A stretch of DNA of 64,000 bases, taken from contig JAUCBJ010009103.1 in NCBI GenBank assembly GCA_032718475.1, positions 124,001-188,000 of the forward strand. The letters are read 5' to 3'. A program made the position numbers and the translations under genes. The notes beneath the pieces were generated by a model. That model saw only the letters and a list, made by a program, of their open reading frames with translations. It was not told the DNA's origin and did not search any database. The stretch is from Nemertoderma westbladi. Taxonomy: Eukaryota > Animalia > Xenacoelomorpha. Below are positions 50,157 to 64,000 of the stretch, piece after piece (position 1 is the first letter of the stretch; each line of letters starts with the position of its first letter).

Positions 50157-50559
50157 ACTTAGCTCAGGTGTCAGCTGTCACCGTTGTTGTTGTTGAATGT
50201 CGGTGTTGTTGAATCCGCTTACACTCCCCCCCCCATGCTATCTTCCCGGTGAGAAGATAGCATCAACCTTAAGTGCGCTTCAATTCCGCTGGAACCCGAT
50301 CTACTATCGGGTGTGGGGTGGAGTTCTTTTTTCGGGGTTGGCTTTCCAGGCCGCCCCCCCCCCCCCTGGGTATGATATTACTACCCTTCCTTGGTGCAAT
50401 CGCGAGCTATGTTGCACTAAGGCATCTGGCGTCTCTACAATCGTGCTTTCTCTTCACACGATTTTCTAGAACCTCTCTTACTCTCGGACCTCTTTTTCCC
50501 TCACTCTCTTTCTCACGGACCTTGTTGTCCCTTACACTCTCTCTTACTGCTCGGGGCAA

Positions 50560-51430
50560 ATACCACACCATGGTTTGCCATTCCACAGGGTGGGTGTCGC
50601 AGTGGAGTCAGATATGAGGCCCATCACCCATATCTACTCTGGCGCACAAGACCCACCATTGGCTGTGCAGCTCATCTGCTGGGTCATGCCCTGTACCCCT
50701 GCTGCCAGGTGCAGGTCGCAGTGAAGTGCACTCAGAGTGGACATGAGAACACTCTACTCCTGACCAGCCATTGGTAGATCACCATCTGCCTGGCCAGGCC
50801 ATATAGCCCTGCAGCCAAGTATATGGGTCCTTAATCCAGGACCAAGGGCGTCCTTATCCCAGAACGAAGGGGGTCCTAGTTACAGGACCAGATTTGCCCT
50901 AGTAAGAGGGTCTATGCAGCTACAGGTGGCACCTCCTTTATGCTGCTTGGAGGTGGCAAGTTTTCTTGATCAATGACCTAGAATACCTGACCTGACCAGT
51001 CTGTAGCTGACAAGCCTGTAATGTTGTACTGCGAAGACGCTTGTAGGAGTTGCGACCACAAGCGGTTTACTCCCGCAACTGAAAGATATGAGTATGAGAA
51101 CCCTCCAGGAGAAATACCGGCTCGGTCGTCGCCCGGGTCAACAAGGACCGCGTCCCTCAGTGGTACACCAGGCTGGGGTCGATAAATTGGCTACTGGAAC
51201 AGAAGACAGAGAAGAAAGAAGAACCAACCTGTTGAAATGTAAAAAGACACTACAGATTGCTACAATGAACGCACGCACGCTGAAAGCACATAACAAACAG
51301 GGTGACATGGTCGCTCTGGCAATGGAATATAACATCGACATCATCTGCATCCAAGAACATCGGATTTGTCATGAAGACACTGCCATGAAGTACAATGACA
51401 TTGGAAATGGATGGACGTTAGTAACAAGAG
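50560..51430 (+). mobile_element. RTE-like LINE 5' end (UTR plus start of the APE endonuclease)
   Basis: ORF 51088-51441 contains LQIATMNARTL...YNIDIICIQEHR (APE motifs I-II) and is then truncated. The left boundary is approximate. Confidence 0.75.
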
Positions 51431-52766
51431 TAGTAGGGTAAACAACTTAATTGAAACAGCGTCTGCCATAGTCTACCATGTTAAAGACTTTGCCTGAACG
51501 GCTCTTGCCCCGCCTACCTACAGTACTATGGTTACCATTGTGTCGCCCCGCCCACTTACTATGGTTACCATTGCGCATATGTAACATATGTCACCACTGT
51601 GTATATGTAACATATGTGGTATATGGCCAGTCCACAGACGGAAGTAATTTAATTAATTCGTGTCTACCGGTTGGCGTTTGACCTTGAACCGCAATAGGTA
51701 AAACCCAATATAGTAAGTAGGTGGGTTGAAGTCTTTTACATGATAGACTATGACAGAAGCAACAACTAAAAAAGGTGAATAAACACAGACTAACGGCAGC
51801 CACCAATATTACAATTCTACAGTTATTGATAAGCAACAAGTTGTGGGGCGAGCCGCGAAGTGTGTATAAGGTTATAGTATTTATAATATTATTTTTAATT
51901 TGATTATTCTACTTATATGGGGAAGGGGCGAGCCATGAAGTGTGTGAAAGCATATGAAATCATGAAATGCCCCCTTCCCGATAAAGGGCGACATATTGGC
52001 TTTATAACTGCCGTTGGTTTTGCTTCGCTGCGCCGTTGTTGTTGTCGTCTCACCCACAATAATGTTGTGGCAATCTCCACCTTTTTCTCTTGTTCTTGGA
52101 ACTAAGTTCGCCTAAATTGGAACTAAATTCGCCAAAATTGGAACTAAATTCGTTTCCATTGGAACTAAATTCGCATGAGGCTTAAATTGGTACAGTACTA
52201 AGTACGGGGAATCGTTCCAATAGATGCGAACATACAGTAGTTCCAATGGAAGCGAACTTAGTTCCAATACAAGCGCCTAACCCAAAGCCTAATCCAAAAC
52301 GCCTAACCTCCTAACCAAAACAATCTTATCCCAAACAACGCCCAACCCCTTAACCCAAACAATTCAATTAAATTCATTTATATTTAATCATTTAAAATGA
52401 TATTCATTGTAAAAAACAACGCCCAACCTCTTAACCCAAACAACGCCCAACCTCCTAAACCGAAACAACGTCCATCTACTTAAACCGAAACAACTGGTAA
52501 TTATTGTATTTGGTGTGAAAAAGGCACAATGTGCATGACTTGAGTATATAATACTACAGACTCAGTCAGTCAGTATCAGTATACTCGTGATTAATATATA
52601 TTTCAAAATGTGTAATTATACATTTAATTCATTAATAATACTTCGTTTTTTAAATATGACGGAAGGATTTTACAATTTATTACAATTATTGTTGACCCTG
52701 ACCCACCCCAAATAGTTGCAATACGCAATAGGCTTCGCCTACTACGTGGCAGCCCTACGGTTGAAA

Positions 52767-54940
52767 CATTGGAACTAAGTTTGTAACCATTGGAACTAAA
52801 TTCGCTTCCATTGGAACTAAATTCGCATGTATTGGAACTAAATTCGCATGCATTGGAACTAAATTCGCCTCCATTGGAACTAAATTCGCTTCCATTGGAA
52901 CTAAATTCGCTTCCATTGGAACTAAATTCGCATGCATTGGAACTAAATTCGCTTCCATTGGAACTAAATTCGCCTCCATTGGAACTAAATTCGCCTCCAT
53001 TAGAACTAAATTCGCTTCCATTGGAACTAAATTCGCATGTATTGGAACTAAATTCGCTTCCATTGGAACTAAATTCGCATCCATTGGAACTAAATTCGCC
53101 TCCATTAGAACTAAATTCGCATGCATTGGAACTAAATTCGCTTCCATTGGAACTAAATTCGCATGCATTGGAACTAAATTCGCCTCCATTGGAACTAAAT
53201 TCGCTTCCATTGGAACTAAATTCGCTTCCATTGGAACTAAATTCGCATGCATTGGAACTAAATTCGCTTCCATTGGAACTAAATTCGCATGCATTGGAAC
53301 TAAATTCGCCTCCATTGGAACTAAATTCGCTTCCATTGGAACTAAATTCGCTTCCATTGGAACTAAATTCGCATGCATTGGAACTAAATTCGCTTCCATT
53401 GGAACTAAAATCGCATCCATTGGAACTAAATTCGCCTCCATTAGAACTAAATTCGCATGCATTGGAACTAAATTCGCTTCCATTGGAACTAAATTCGCAT
53501 GCATTGGAACTAAATTCGCCTCCATTGGAACTAAATTCGCTTCCATTGGAACTAAATTCGCATGCATTGGAACTAAATTCGCTTCCATTGGAACTAAATT
53601 CGCATCCATTGGAACTAAATTCGCTTCCATTGGAACTAAATTCGCTTCCATTGGAACTAAATTCGCATGTATTGGAACTAAATTCGCTTCCATTGGAACT
53701 AAATTCGCTTCCATTGGAACTAAATTCGCATGTATTGGAACTAAATTCGCTTCCATTGGAACTAAATTCGCATCCATTGGAACTAAATTCGCATGCATTG
53801 GAACTAAATTCGCTTCCATTGGAACTAAATTCTCATGCATTGGAACTAAATTCGCTTCCATTGGAACTAAATTCGCTTCCATTGGAACTAAATTCGCATG
53901 TATTGGAACTAAATTCGCTTCCATTGGAAATAAATTCGCATCCATTGGAACTAAATTCGCATGCATTGGAACTAAATTCGCTTCCATTGGAACTAAATTC
54001 TCATGCATTGGAACTAAATTCGCTTCCATTGGAACTAAATTCGCTTCCATTGGAACTAAATTCGCATCCATTGGAACTAAATTCGCCTCCATTAGAACTA
54101 AATTCGCTTCCATTGGAACTAAATTCGCATGCATTGGAACTAAATTCGCCTCCATTGGAACTAAATTCGCTTCCATTGGAACTAAATTCGCTTCCATTGG
54201 AACTAAATTCGCATGCATTGGAACTAAATTCGCTTCCATTGGAACTAAATTCGCATCCATTGGAACTAAATTCGCCTCCATTAGAACTAAATTCGCTTCC
54301 ATTGGAACTAAATTCGCATGTATTGGAACTAAATTCGCTTCCATTGGAACTAAATTCGCATCCATTGGAACTAAATTCGCATGCATTGGAACTAAATTAG
54401 CTTCCATTGGGACTAAATTCGCTTCCATTGGAACTAAATTCGCTTCCATTGGAACTAAATTCGCATCCATTGGAACTAAATTTGCATGCATTGGAACTAA
54501 ATTCGCTTCCATTGGAACTAAATACGCATGCATTGGAACTAAATTCGCATCCATTGGAACTAAATTCGCATGCATTGGAACTAAATTCGCATCCATTGGA
54601 ACTAAATTCGCTTCCATTGGAACTAAATTCGCATCCATTGGAACTAAGTTCGCATCCATTGGAACTAGGTTCGCATCCATTGGAACTAAATTCGCTTCCA
54701 TTGGAACTAAATTCGCATGCATTGGAACTAAATTCGCTTCCATTGGAACTAAATTCGCATCCATTGGAACTAAATTCGCTTCCATTGGAACTAAATTCGC
54801 TTCCATTGGAACTAAATTCGCATCCATTGGAACTAAATTCGCTTCCATTGGAACTAAATTCGCTTCCATTGGAACTAAATTCGCTTCCATTGGAACTAAA
54901 TTCGCATGCATTGGAACTAAATTCGCATGCATTGGAACTA
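52767..54940. repeat. 21-bp satellite (CATTGGAACTAAATTCGCTTC)n, left block
   Basis: Direct reading, about 103 units. Confidence 0.97.
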
Positions 54941-56341
54941 TTGGAATATGCAAGCAAAAAGGAAACTCGTCTCAGATATTAACAAAGTCCTTCACTCAAA
55001 AGAAGACCGTGTAATGTATGTAGCCTTTGTTGATTTTAAAAAGGCATTCGACCTAGTGAACCGAGCCTTGCTCCTTGGCAAGATATATAACAATTTCGAA
55101 ATAAAGGGGAAATTATTCGGCTTCATTAAGGCATTATTAACAAATACAATAAAAATATCCGAGGGTTTCAGCCTATCAAAACCTATCACACAGTTGCGAG
55201 GAATTCTGCAAGGAGACTCATTCTCCCCAACTTGCTTCATAATTTTTATTACCAGCCTCGCAACTGCACTCCGTGCAATATCGAGAGCGATACGATTCAT
55301 ATTCTTTGCGGACGATCTAGCCTTTTATTCTTCGAATCCACAAGTTATCCAACGCGGTCTTGATGTCCTAGAAAAATGGTGTATAAATAATTCAATGGAA
55401 GTGAACCTCTCTAAAACAAAAATAATGAAGTTCCGTAAAGGTGGCCGGCTGTGTATTAACGATAAATTCTACTACGGGGGAAAAGAAGTTCTCATCTGCA
55501 ATGAATACGAATATCTTGGCATAACCTTGCAACCGACCCTCACTTTTACCAAACATGTTAACAAAAGAAAACGGAAATCTTATGCAGCGATTGGTTGTCT
55601 TCGAAATTTAAACAGACTGTCAATATGTACCGCAATGAAGATCTTCGCAATGAAAATACAGCCAATGGTATCATATGGTCTTGTAGAGATCGGTTGCTTC
55701 TTTACAGTTGCACACATGAAAGAACTGGATAAAATCAAATCAAAGTTTATTAAAAGGGTGCTCTCCCTACCATCCAACTCATCGACAACCATGGCCATTA
55801 AAGCTATAGGAGAAAAAACATTCATTGAAGATCTCCTTATCGTAAAACCCACGCTATTCAACCCTACAGCATTAGACCAATATCGCTCTTACCGAACCGA
55901 ACGCACAGAAAACTTCAACCGGCAGGGTTACACAAGGGGCCCAGCCTTCACAACTTCGAGTTGGAAATCCTCACAGCAGAGAAACCGGCACACTGTCACC
56001 AGGGCAACCGCCCATGGGTTTCACTACCTCATCTGCTTGACCTGCACCCCTTTCCACGAGCTGTCATCGCAATGTATTTGTAAATATTGTAAGAACTCAG
56101 CCGTGGACAGATACCACGCTCTCAACTGCGATTGCTGCCCCTCTCTGACAGAACTGGCCAGCCACCCATATCACTAAAAGAAAATTGGTTCACCACAGCC
56201 ATGAGACTTTGATATTCGTACTGAATCGTATTTCATTCCAACTAATTGTAAAATTTTTAATTAATTTTAAACTTATTGCTCCACCTGTATAAAAGAATAA
56301 ACCTTTTACCCCGTTTAGGGGTGCACCTTGTTTTAAAAAAA
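54941..56341 (+). mobile_element. 5'-truncated LINE (RTE-X-like) inserted in the 21-bp satellite, with an open RT and C-terminal Cys/His frame
   Basis: YVAFVDFKKAFD, GILQGDSFSP, FFADDL, KTKIMKFRKGG, YEYLG and CKYC..HALNC, stop at 56177. AATAAA and an A-tail follow. Apparent TSD ATTGGAACTA (54931-54940 and 56342-56351). Confidence 0.9.
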
Positions 56342-59300
56342 ATTGGAACTAAATTCGCATGCATTGGAACTATATTCGCTTCCATTGGAACTAAATTCGC
56401 ATCCATTGGAACTAAATTCGCTTCCATTGGAACTAAATTCGCTTCCATTGGAACTAAATTCGCTTCCATTGGAACTAAATTCGCATCCATTGGAACTAAA
56501 TTTGCTTAAATTCGCATGCATTGGAACTAAATTCGCTTCCATTGGAACTGAATTCGCATCCATTGGAACTAAATTCGCTTCCATTGGAACTAAATTCGCT
56601 TCCATTGGAACTAAATTCGCATGCATTGGAACTAAATTCGCTTCCATTGGAACTAAATTCGCATCCATTGGAACTAAGTTCGCATACATTGGAGCTAAAT
56701 TCACATCCATTGGAACTAAATTCGCATCCATTGGAACTAAGTTCGCATACATTGGAGCTAAATTCACATCCATTGGAACTAAATTCGCTTCCATTGGAAC
56801 TAAATTCGCTTCCATTGGAACCAAATTCGCTTCCATTGGAACTAAATTCGCTTCCATTGGAACTAAATTCGCTTCCATTGGAACTAAATTCGCTTCCATT
56901 GGAACTAAATTCGCATGCATTGGAACTAAATTCGCATCCATTGGAACTAAATTTGCTTCCATTGGAACTAAATTCGCTTCCATTGGAACTAAATTCGCTT
57001 CCATTGGAACTAAATTCGCTTCCATTGGAACTAAATTCGCTTCCATTGGAACTAAATTCGCTTCCATTGGAACTAAATTCGCTTCCATTGGAACTAAATT
57101 CGCATGCATTGGAACTAAATTCGCATCCATTGGAACTAAATTCGCTTCCATTGGAACTAAATTCGCTTCCATTGTAACTAAATTCGCTTCCATTGGAACT
57201 AAATTCGCTTCCATTGGAACTAAATTCGCTTCTATTGGAACTAAATTCGCTTCCATTGGAACTAAATTCGCATGCATTGGAACTAAATTCGCATGCATTG
57301 AAACTAAATTCGCATCCATTGGAACTAAATTCGCTTCCATTGGAACTAAATTCGCTTCCATTGGAACTAAATTCGCTTCCATTGGAACTAAATTCGCATG
57401 CATTGGAACTAAATTCGCATGCATTGGAACTAAATTCGCATCCATTGGAACTAAATTCGCTTCCATTGGAACTAAATTCGCATGCATTGGAACTAAATTC
57501 GCATCCATTGGAACTAAATTCGCTTCCATTGGAACTAAATTCGCTTCCATTGGAACTAAATTCGCTTCCATTGGAACTAAATTAGCATGCATTGGAACTA
57601 AATTCGCATGCATTGAAACTAAATTCGCATCCATTGGAACTAAATTCGCTTCCATTGGAACTAAATTCGCTTCCATTGGAACTAAATTCGCTTCCATTGG
57701 AACTAAATTCGCATGCATTGGAACTAAATTCGCATCCATTGGAACTAAATTTGCTTCCATTGGAACTAAATTCGCATGCATTGGAACTAAATTCGCTTCC
57801 ATTGGAACTAAATTCGCATCCATTGGAACTAAATTCGCTTCCATTGGAACTAAATTCGCTTCCATTGGAACTAAATTCGCATGCATTGGAACTAAATTCG
57901 CTTCCATTGGAACTAAATTCGCATCCATTGGAACTAAGTTCGCATACATTGGAGCTAAATTCACATCCATTGGAACTAAATTCGCTTCCATTTGGAACTA
58001 AATTCGCTTCCATTGGAACTAAATTCGCATGCATTGGAACTAAATTCGCATCCATTGGAACTAAATTTGCTTCCATTGGAACTAAATTCGCATGCATTGG
58101 AACTAAATTCGCTTCCATTGGAACTAAATTCGCATCCATTGGAACTAAGTTCGCATACATTGGAGCTAAATTCACATCCATTGGAACTAAATTCGCTTCC
58201 ATTGGAACTAAATTCGCATCCATTGGAACTAAGTTCGCATACATTGGAGCTAAATTCACATCCATTGGAACTAAATTCGCTTCCATTGGAACTAAATTCG
58301 CTTCCATTGGAACTAAATTCGCATGCATTGGAACTAAATTCGCTTCCATTGGAACTAAATTCGCATCCATTGGAACTAAGTTCGCATACATTGGAGCTAA
58401 ATTCACATCCATTGGAACTAAATTCGCATCCATTGGAACTAAATTCGCTTCCATTGGAACTAAATTCGCATCCATTGGAACTAAATTCGCATGCATTGAA
58501 ACTAAATTCGCATGCATTGGAACTAAATTCGCTTCCATTGGAACTAAATTCGCATCCATTGGAACTAAGTTCGAATACATTGGAGCTAAATTCACATCCA
58601 TTGGAACTAAATTCGCTTCCATTGGAACTAAATTCGCATCCATTGGAACTAAGTTCGCATACATTGGAGCTAAATTCACATCCATTGGAACTAAATTCGC
58701 TTCCATTGGAACTAAATTCGCTTCCATTGGAACTAAATTCGCATGCATTGGAACTAAATCCGCTTCCATTGGAACTAAATTCGGATCCATTGGAACTAAG
58801 TTCGCATACATTGGAGCTAAATTCACATCCATTGGAACTAAATTCGCATCCATTGGAACTAAATTCGCTTCCATTGGAACTAAATTCGCATCCATTGGAA
58901 CTAAATTCGCATGCATTGAAACTAAATTCGCATGCATTGGAACTAAATTCGCTTCCATTGGAACTAAATTCGCTTCCATTGGAACTAAATTCGCTTCCAT
59001 TGGAACTAAATTCGCTTCCATTGGAACTAAATTCGCTTCCATTGGAACTAAATTCGCTTCCATTGGAACTAAATTCGCATGCATTGGAACTAAATTCGCT
59101 TCCATTGGAACTAAATTCGCTTCCATTGGAACTAAATTCGCATCCATTGGAACTAAGTTCGCATACATTGGAGCTAAATTCACATCCATTGGAACTAAAT
59201 TCGCTTCCATTGGAACTAAATTCGCTTCCATTGGAACTAAATTCGCTTCCATTGGAACTAAATTCGCATGCATTGGAACTAAATTCGCTTCCATTGGAAC

Positions 59301-62300
59301 TAAATTCGCATCCATTGGAACTCAATTCGCTTCCATTGGAACTAAATTCGCATGCATTGGAACTATAGTCGCTTCCATTGGAACTAAATTCGCTTCCATT
59401 GGAACTAAATTCGCATGCATTGGAACTAAAGTCGCTTCCATTGGAACTAAATTCGCTTCCATTGGAACTAAATTCGCTTCCATTGGAACTAAATTCGCAT
59501 GCATTGGAACTAAATTCGCTTCCATTGGAACTAAATTCGCTTCCATTGGAACTAAATTCGCTTCCATTGGAACTAAATTCGCATGCATTGGAACTAAATT
59601 CGCTTCCATTGGAACTAAATTCGCTTCCATTGGAACTAAATTCGCTTCCATTGGAACTAAATTCGCTTCCATTGGAACTAAATTCGCTTCCATTGGAACT
59701 AAATTCGCTTCCATTGGAACTAAATTCGCTTCCATTGGAACTAAATTCGCTTGCATTGGAACTAAATTCGCTTCCATTGGAACTAAATTCGCATGCATTG
59801 GAACTAAATTCGCTTCCATTGGAACTAAATTCGCTTCCATTGGAACTAAATTCGCTTCCATTGGAACTAAATTCGCATGCATTGGAACTAAATTCGCTTC
59901 CATTGGAACTAAATTCGCATGCATTGGAACTAAAGTCGCTTCCATTGGAACTAAATTCGCTTCCATTGGAACTAAATTCGCATGCATTGGAACTAAAGTC
60001 GCTTCCATTGGAACTAAATTCGCTTCCATTGGAACTAAATTCGCTTCCATTGGAACTAAATTCGCTTCCATTGGAACTAAATTCGCATGCATTGGAACTA
60101 AATTCGCTTCCATTGGAACTAAATTCGCATGCATTGGAACTAAATTCGCTTGCATTGGAACTAAATTCGCTTCCATTGGAACTAAATTCGCATCCATTGG
60201 AACTAAATTCGCTTCCATTGGAACTAAATTCGCATGCATTGGAACTAAATTCGCATCCATTGGAACTAAATTCGCATCCATTGGAACTAATTTCGCTTCC
60301 ATTGGAACTAAATTCGCATGCATTGAAACTAAATTCGCTTCCATTGGAACTAAATTCGCTTCCATTGGAACTAAATTCGCATGCATTGAAACTAAATTCG
60401 CTTGCATTGGAACTAAATTCGCTTCCATTGGAACTAAATTCGCATGCATTGGAACTAAATTAGCTTCCATTGGAACTAAATTCGCTTCCATTGGAACTAA
60501 ATTCGCATGCATTGAAACTAAATTCGCTTGCATTGGAACTAAATTCGCTTCCATTGGAACTAAATTCGCATGCATTGGAACTAAATTCGCTTCCATTGGA
60601 ACTAAATTCGCATGCATTGGAACTAAATTCGCTTCCATTGGAACTAAATTCGCTTCCATTGGAACTAAATTCGCTTCCATTGGAACTAAATTCGCATGCA
60701 TTGGAACTAAATTCGCTTCCATTGGAACTAAATTCGCTTCCATTGGAACTAAATTCGCTTCCATTGGAACTAAATTCGCATGCATTGGAACTAAATTCGC
60801 TTCCATTGGAACTAAATTCGCTTCCATTGGAACTAAATTCGCTTCCATTGGAACTAAATTCGCTTCCATTGGAACTAAATTCGCTTCCATTGGAACTAAA
60901 TTCGCTTCCATTGGAACTAAATTCGCTTCCATTGGAACTAAATTCGCTTGCATTGGAACTAAATTCGCTTCCATTGGAACTAAATTCGCATGCATTGGAA
61001 CTAAATTCGCTTCCATTGGAACTAAATTCGCTTCCATTGGAACTAAATTCGCTTCCATTGGAACTAAATTCGCATGCATTGGAACTAAATTCGCTTCCAT
61101 TGGAACTAAATTCGCATGCATTGGAACTAAAGTCGCTTCCATTGGAACTAAATTCGCTTCCATTGGAACTAAATTCGCATGCATTGGAACTAAAGTCGCT
61201 TCCATTGGAACTAAATTCGCTTCCATTGGAACTAAATTCGCTTCCATTGGAACTAAATTCGCTTCCATTGGAACTAAATTCGCATGCATTGGAACTAAAT
61301 TCGCTTCCATTGGAACTAAATTCGCATGCATTGGAACTAAATTCGCTTGCATTGGAACTAAATTCGCTTCCATTGGAACTAAATTCGCATCCATTGGAAC
61401 TAAATTCGCTTCCATTGGAACTAAATTCGCATGCATTGGAACTAAATTCGCATCCATTGGAACTAAATTCGCATCCATTGGAACTAATTTCGCTTCCATT
61501 GGAACTAAATTCGCATGCATTGAAACTAAATTCGCTTCCATTGGAACTAAATTCGCTTCCATTGGAACTAAATTCGCATGCATTGAAACTAAATTCGCTT
61601 GCATTGGAACTAAATTCGCTTCCATTGGAACTAAATTCGCATGCATTGGAACTAAATTAGCTTCCATTGGAACTAAATTCGCTTCCATTGGAACTAAATT
61701 CGCATGCATTGAAACTAAATTCGCTTGCATTGGAACTAAATTCGCTTCCATTGGAACTAAATTCGCATGCATTGGAACTAAATTCGCTTCCATTGGAACT
61801 AAATTCGCATGCATTGGAACTAAATTCGCTTCCATTGGAACTAAATTCGCATGCATTGAAACTAAATTCGCTTGCATTGGAACTAAATTCGCTTCCATTG
61901 GAACTAAATTCGCTTCCATTGGAACTAAATTCTCATGCATTGGAACTAAATTCGCTTCCATTGGAACTAAATTCGCTTCCATTGGAACTAAATTCGCTTC
62001 CATTGGAACTAAATTCGCTTCCATTGGATCTAAATTAGCATACATTGGAACTAAATTCGCATCCATTGGAACTAAATTCGCATGCATTGGAACTAAATTC
62101 GCTTCCATTGGAACTAAATTCGCATGCATTGAAACTAAATTCGCTTGCATTGGAACTAAATTCGCTTCCATTGGAACTAAATTCGCATGCATTGAAACTA
62201 AATTCGCTTGCATTGGAACTAAATTCGCTTCTATTGGAACTAAATTCGCATGCATTGGAACTAAATTCGCTTCCATTGGAACTAAATTCGCTTCCATTGG

Positions 62301-64000
62301 AACTAAATTCGCATGCATTGAAACTAAATTCGCTTGCATTGGAACTAAATTCGCTTCCATTGGAACTAAATTCGCAAGCATTGGAACTAAATTCGCTTCC
62401 ATTGGAGCTAAATTCGCATGCATTGGAACTAAATTCGCTTCCATTGGAACTAAATTCGCATGCATTGAAACTAAATTCGCTTGCATTGGAACTAAATTCG
62501 CTTCCATTGGAACTAAATTCGCTTCCATTGGAACTAAATTCTCATGCATTGGAACTAAATTCGCTTCCATTGGAACTAAATTCGCTTCCATTGGAACTAA
62601 ATTCGCTTCCATTGGAACTAAATTCGCTTCCATTGGATCTAAATTAGCATACATTGGAACTAAATTCGCATCCATTGGAACTAAATTCGCATGCATTGGA
62701 ACTAAATTCGCTTCCATTGGAACTAAATTCGCATGCATTGAAACTAAATTCGCTAGCATTGGAACTAAATTCGCTTCCATTGGAACTAAATTCGCTTCCA
62801 TTGGAACTAAATTCTCATGCATTGGAACTAAATTCTCATGCATTGGAACTAAATTCGCTTCCATTGGAACTAAATTCGCTTCCATTGGAACTAAATTCGC
62901 TTCCATTGGAACTAAATTCGCATGCATTGGAACTAAATTCGCTTCCATTGGAACTAAATTCGCATGCATTGAAACTAAATTCGCATGCATTGGAACTAAA
63001 TTCGCATCCATTGGAACTAAATTCGCATCCATTGGAACTAAATTCGCATGCATTGGAACTAAATTCGCTTCCATTGGAACTAAATTCGCATGCATTGAAA
63101 CTAAATTCGCTTCCATTGGAACTAAATTCGCTTCCATTGGAACTAAATTCGCATGCATTGGAACTAAATTCGCATCCATTGGAACTAAATTCGCATGCAT
63201 TGGAACTAAATTCGCATGCATTGAAACTAAATTCGCTTGCATTGGAACTAAATTCGCTTCCATTGGAACTAAATTCGCTTCCATTGGAACTAAATTCGCT
63301 TCCATTGGAACTAAATTCGCTTCCATTGGATCTAAATTAGCATACATTGGAACTAAATTCGCATCCATTGGAACTAAATTCGCATGCATTGGAACTAAAT
63401 TCGCTTCCATTGGAACTAAATTCGCATGCATTGAAACTAAATTCGCTTGCATTGGAACTAAATTCGCTTCCATTGGAACTAAATTCGCATGCATTGAAAC
63501 TAAATTCGCTTGCATTGGAACTAAATTCGCTTCCATTGGAACTAAATTCGCATGCATTGGAACTAAATTCGCTTCCATTGGAACTAAATTCGCTTCCATT
63601 GGAACTAAATTCGCATGCATTGAAACTAAATTCGCTTGCATTGGAACTAAATTCGCTTCCATTGGAACTAAATTCGCAAGCATTGGAACTAAATTCGCTT
63701 CCATTGGAGCTAAATTCGCATGCATTGGAACTAAATTCGCTTCCATTGGAACTAAATTCGCATGCATTGAAACTAAATTCGCTTGCATTGGAACTAAATT
63801 CGCTTCCATTGGAACTAAATTCGCTTCCATTGGAACTAAATTCTCATGCATTGGAACTAAATTCGCTTCCATTGGAACTAAATTCGCTTCCATTGGAACT
63901 AAATTCGCTTCCATTGGAACTAAATTCGCTTCCATTGGATCTAAATTAGCATACATTGGAACTAAATTCGCATCCATTGGAACTAAATTCGCATGCATTG
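56342..64000. repeat. 21-bp satellite, right block with higher-order repeats, running off the window end
   Basis: Direct reading. Rare variants recur at 1197-bp and 1302-bp spacing. Confidence 0.97.

Noticed and set aside
52755-63998. Very long MEANLVP-repeat ORFs (up to 1558 aa) that look like a repetitive structural protein
   Set aside because: The 21-bp monomer is stop-free in several frames on both strands. The array contains frameshifting indels and a LINE insertion, and has no unique N- or C-terminal domain.
868-64000. CRISPR-like appearance of the regular short repeats
   Set aside because: The units are contiguous with no unique spacers, there are no cas genes, and the context is eukaryotic.

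Overview
AT-rich, repeat-dominated eukaryotic (invertebrate animal-like) genomic DNA, not prokaryotic. Host genes are an intact two-exon C2CD5 (24338-27883, +), a farnesyl diphosphate synthase pseudogene broken by nested DNA transposons (about 34272-38845, -) and a single-exon orphan surface-protein ORF (44909-45559, -). Five unrelated tandem arrays (36, 12, 23, 17 and 21 bp units) produce most of the long ORFs in the track, and those ORFs are artefacts. There are also many LINE relics, several TIR elements and a Polinton/Maverick-type packaging ATPase fragment. The most notable feature is a young 10.3-kb BEL/Pao LTR element (11022-21327, TSD ATTCC) with an intact Gag-protease ORF but no RT, RNase H or integrase. 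Its primer-binding position lacks the tRNA-type TGG start and is instead a perfect 14-nt complement of a sequence inside its own LTR, which makes it a candidate for tRNA-independent self-priming. A second candidate is a duplicated structured-RNA motif (49769-50156) upstream of a decayed ORF of unknown origin. All family assignments come from motif recognition by eye; no searches were run.
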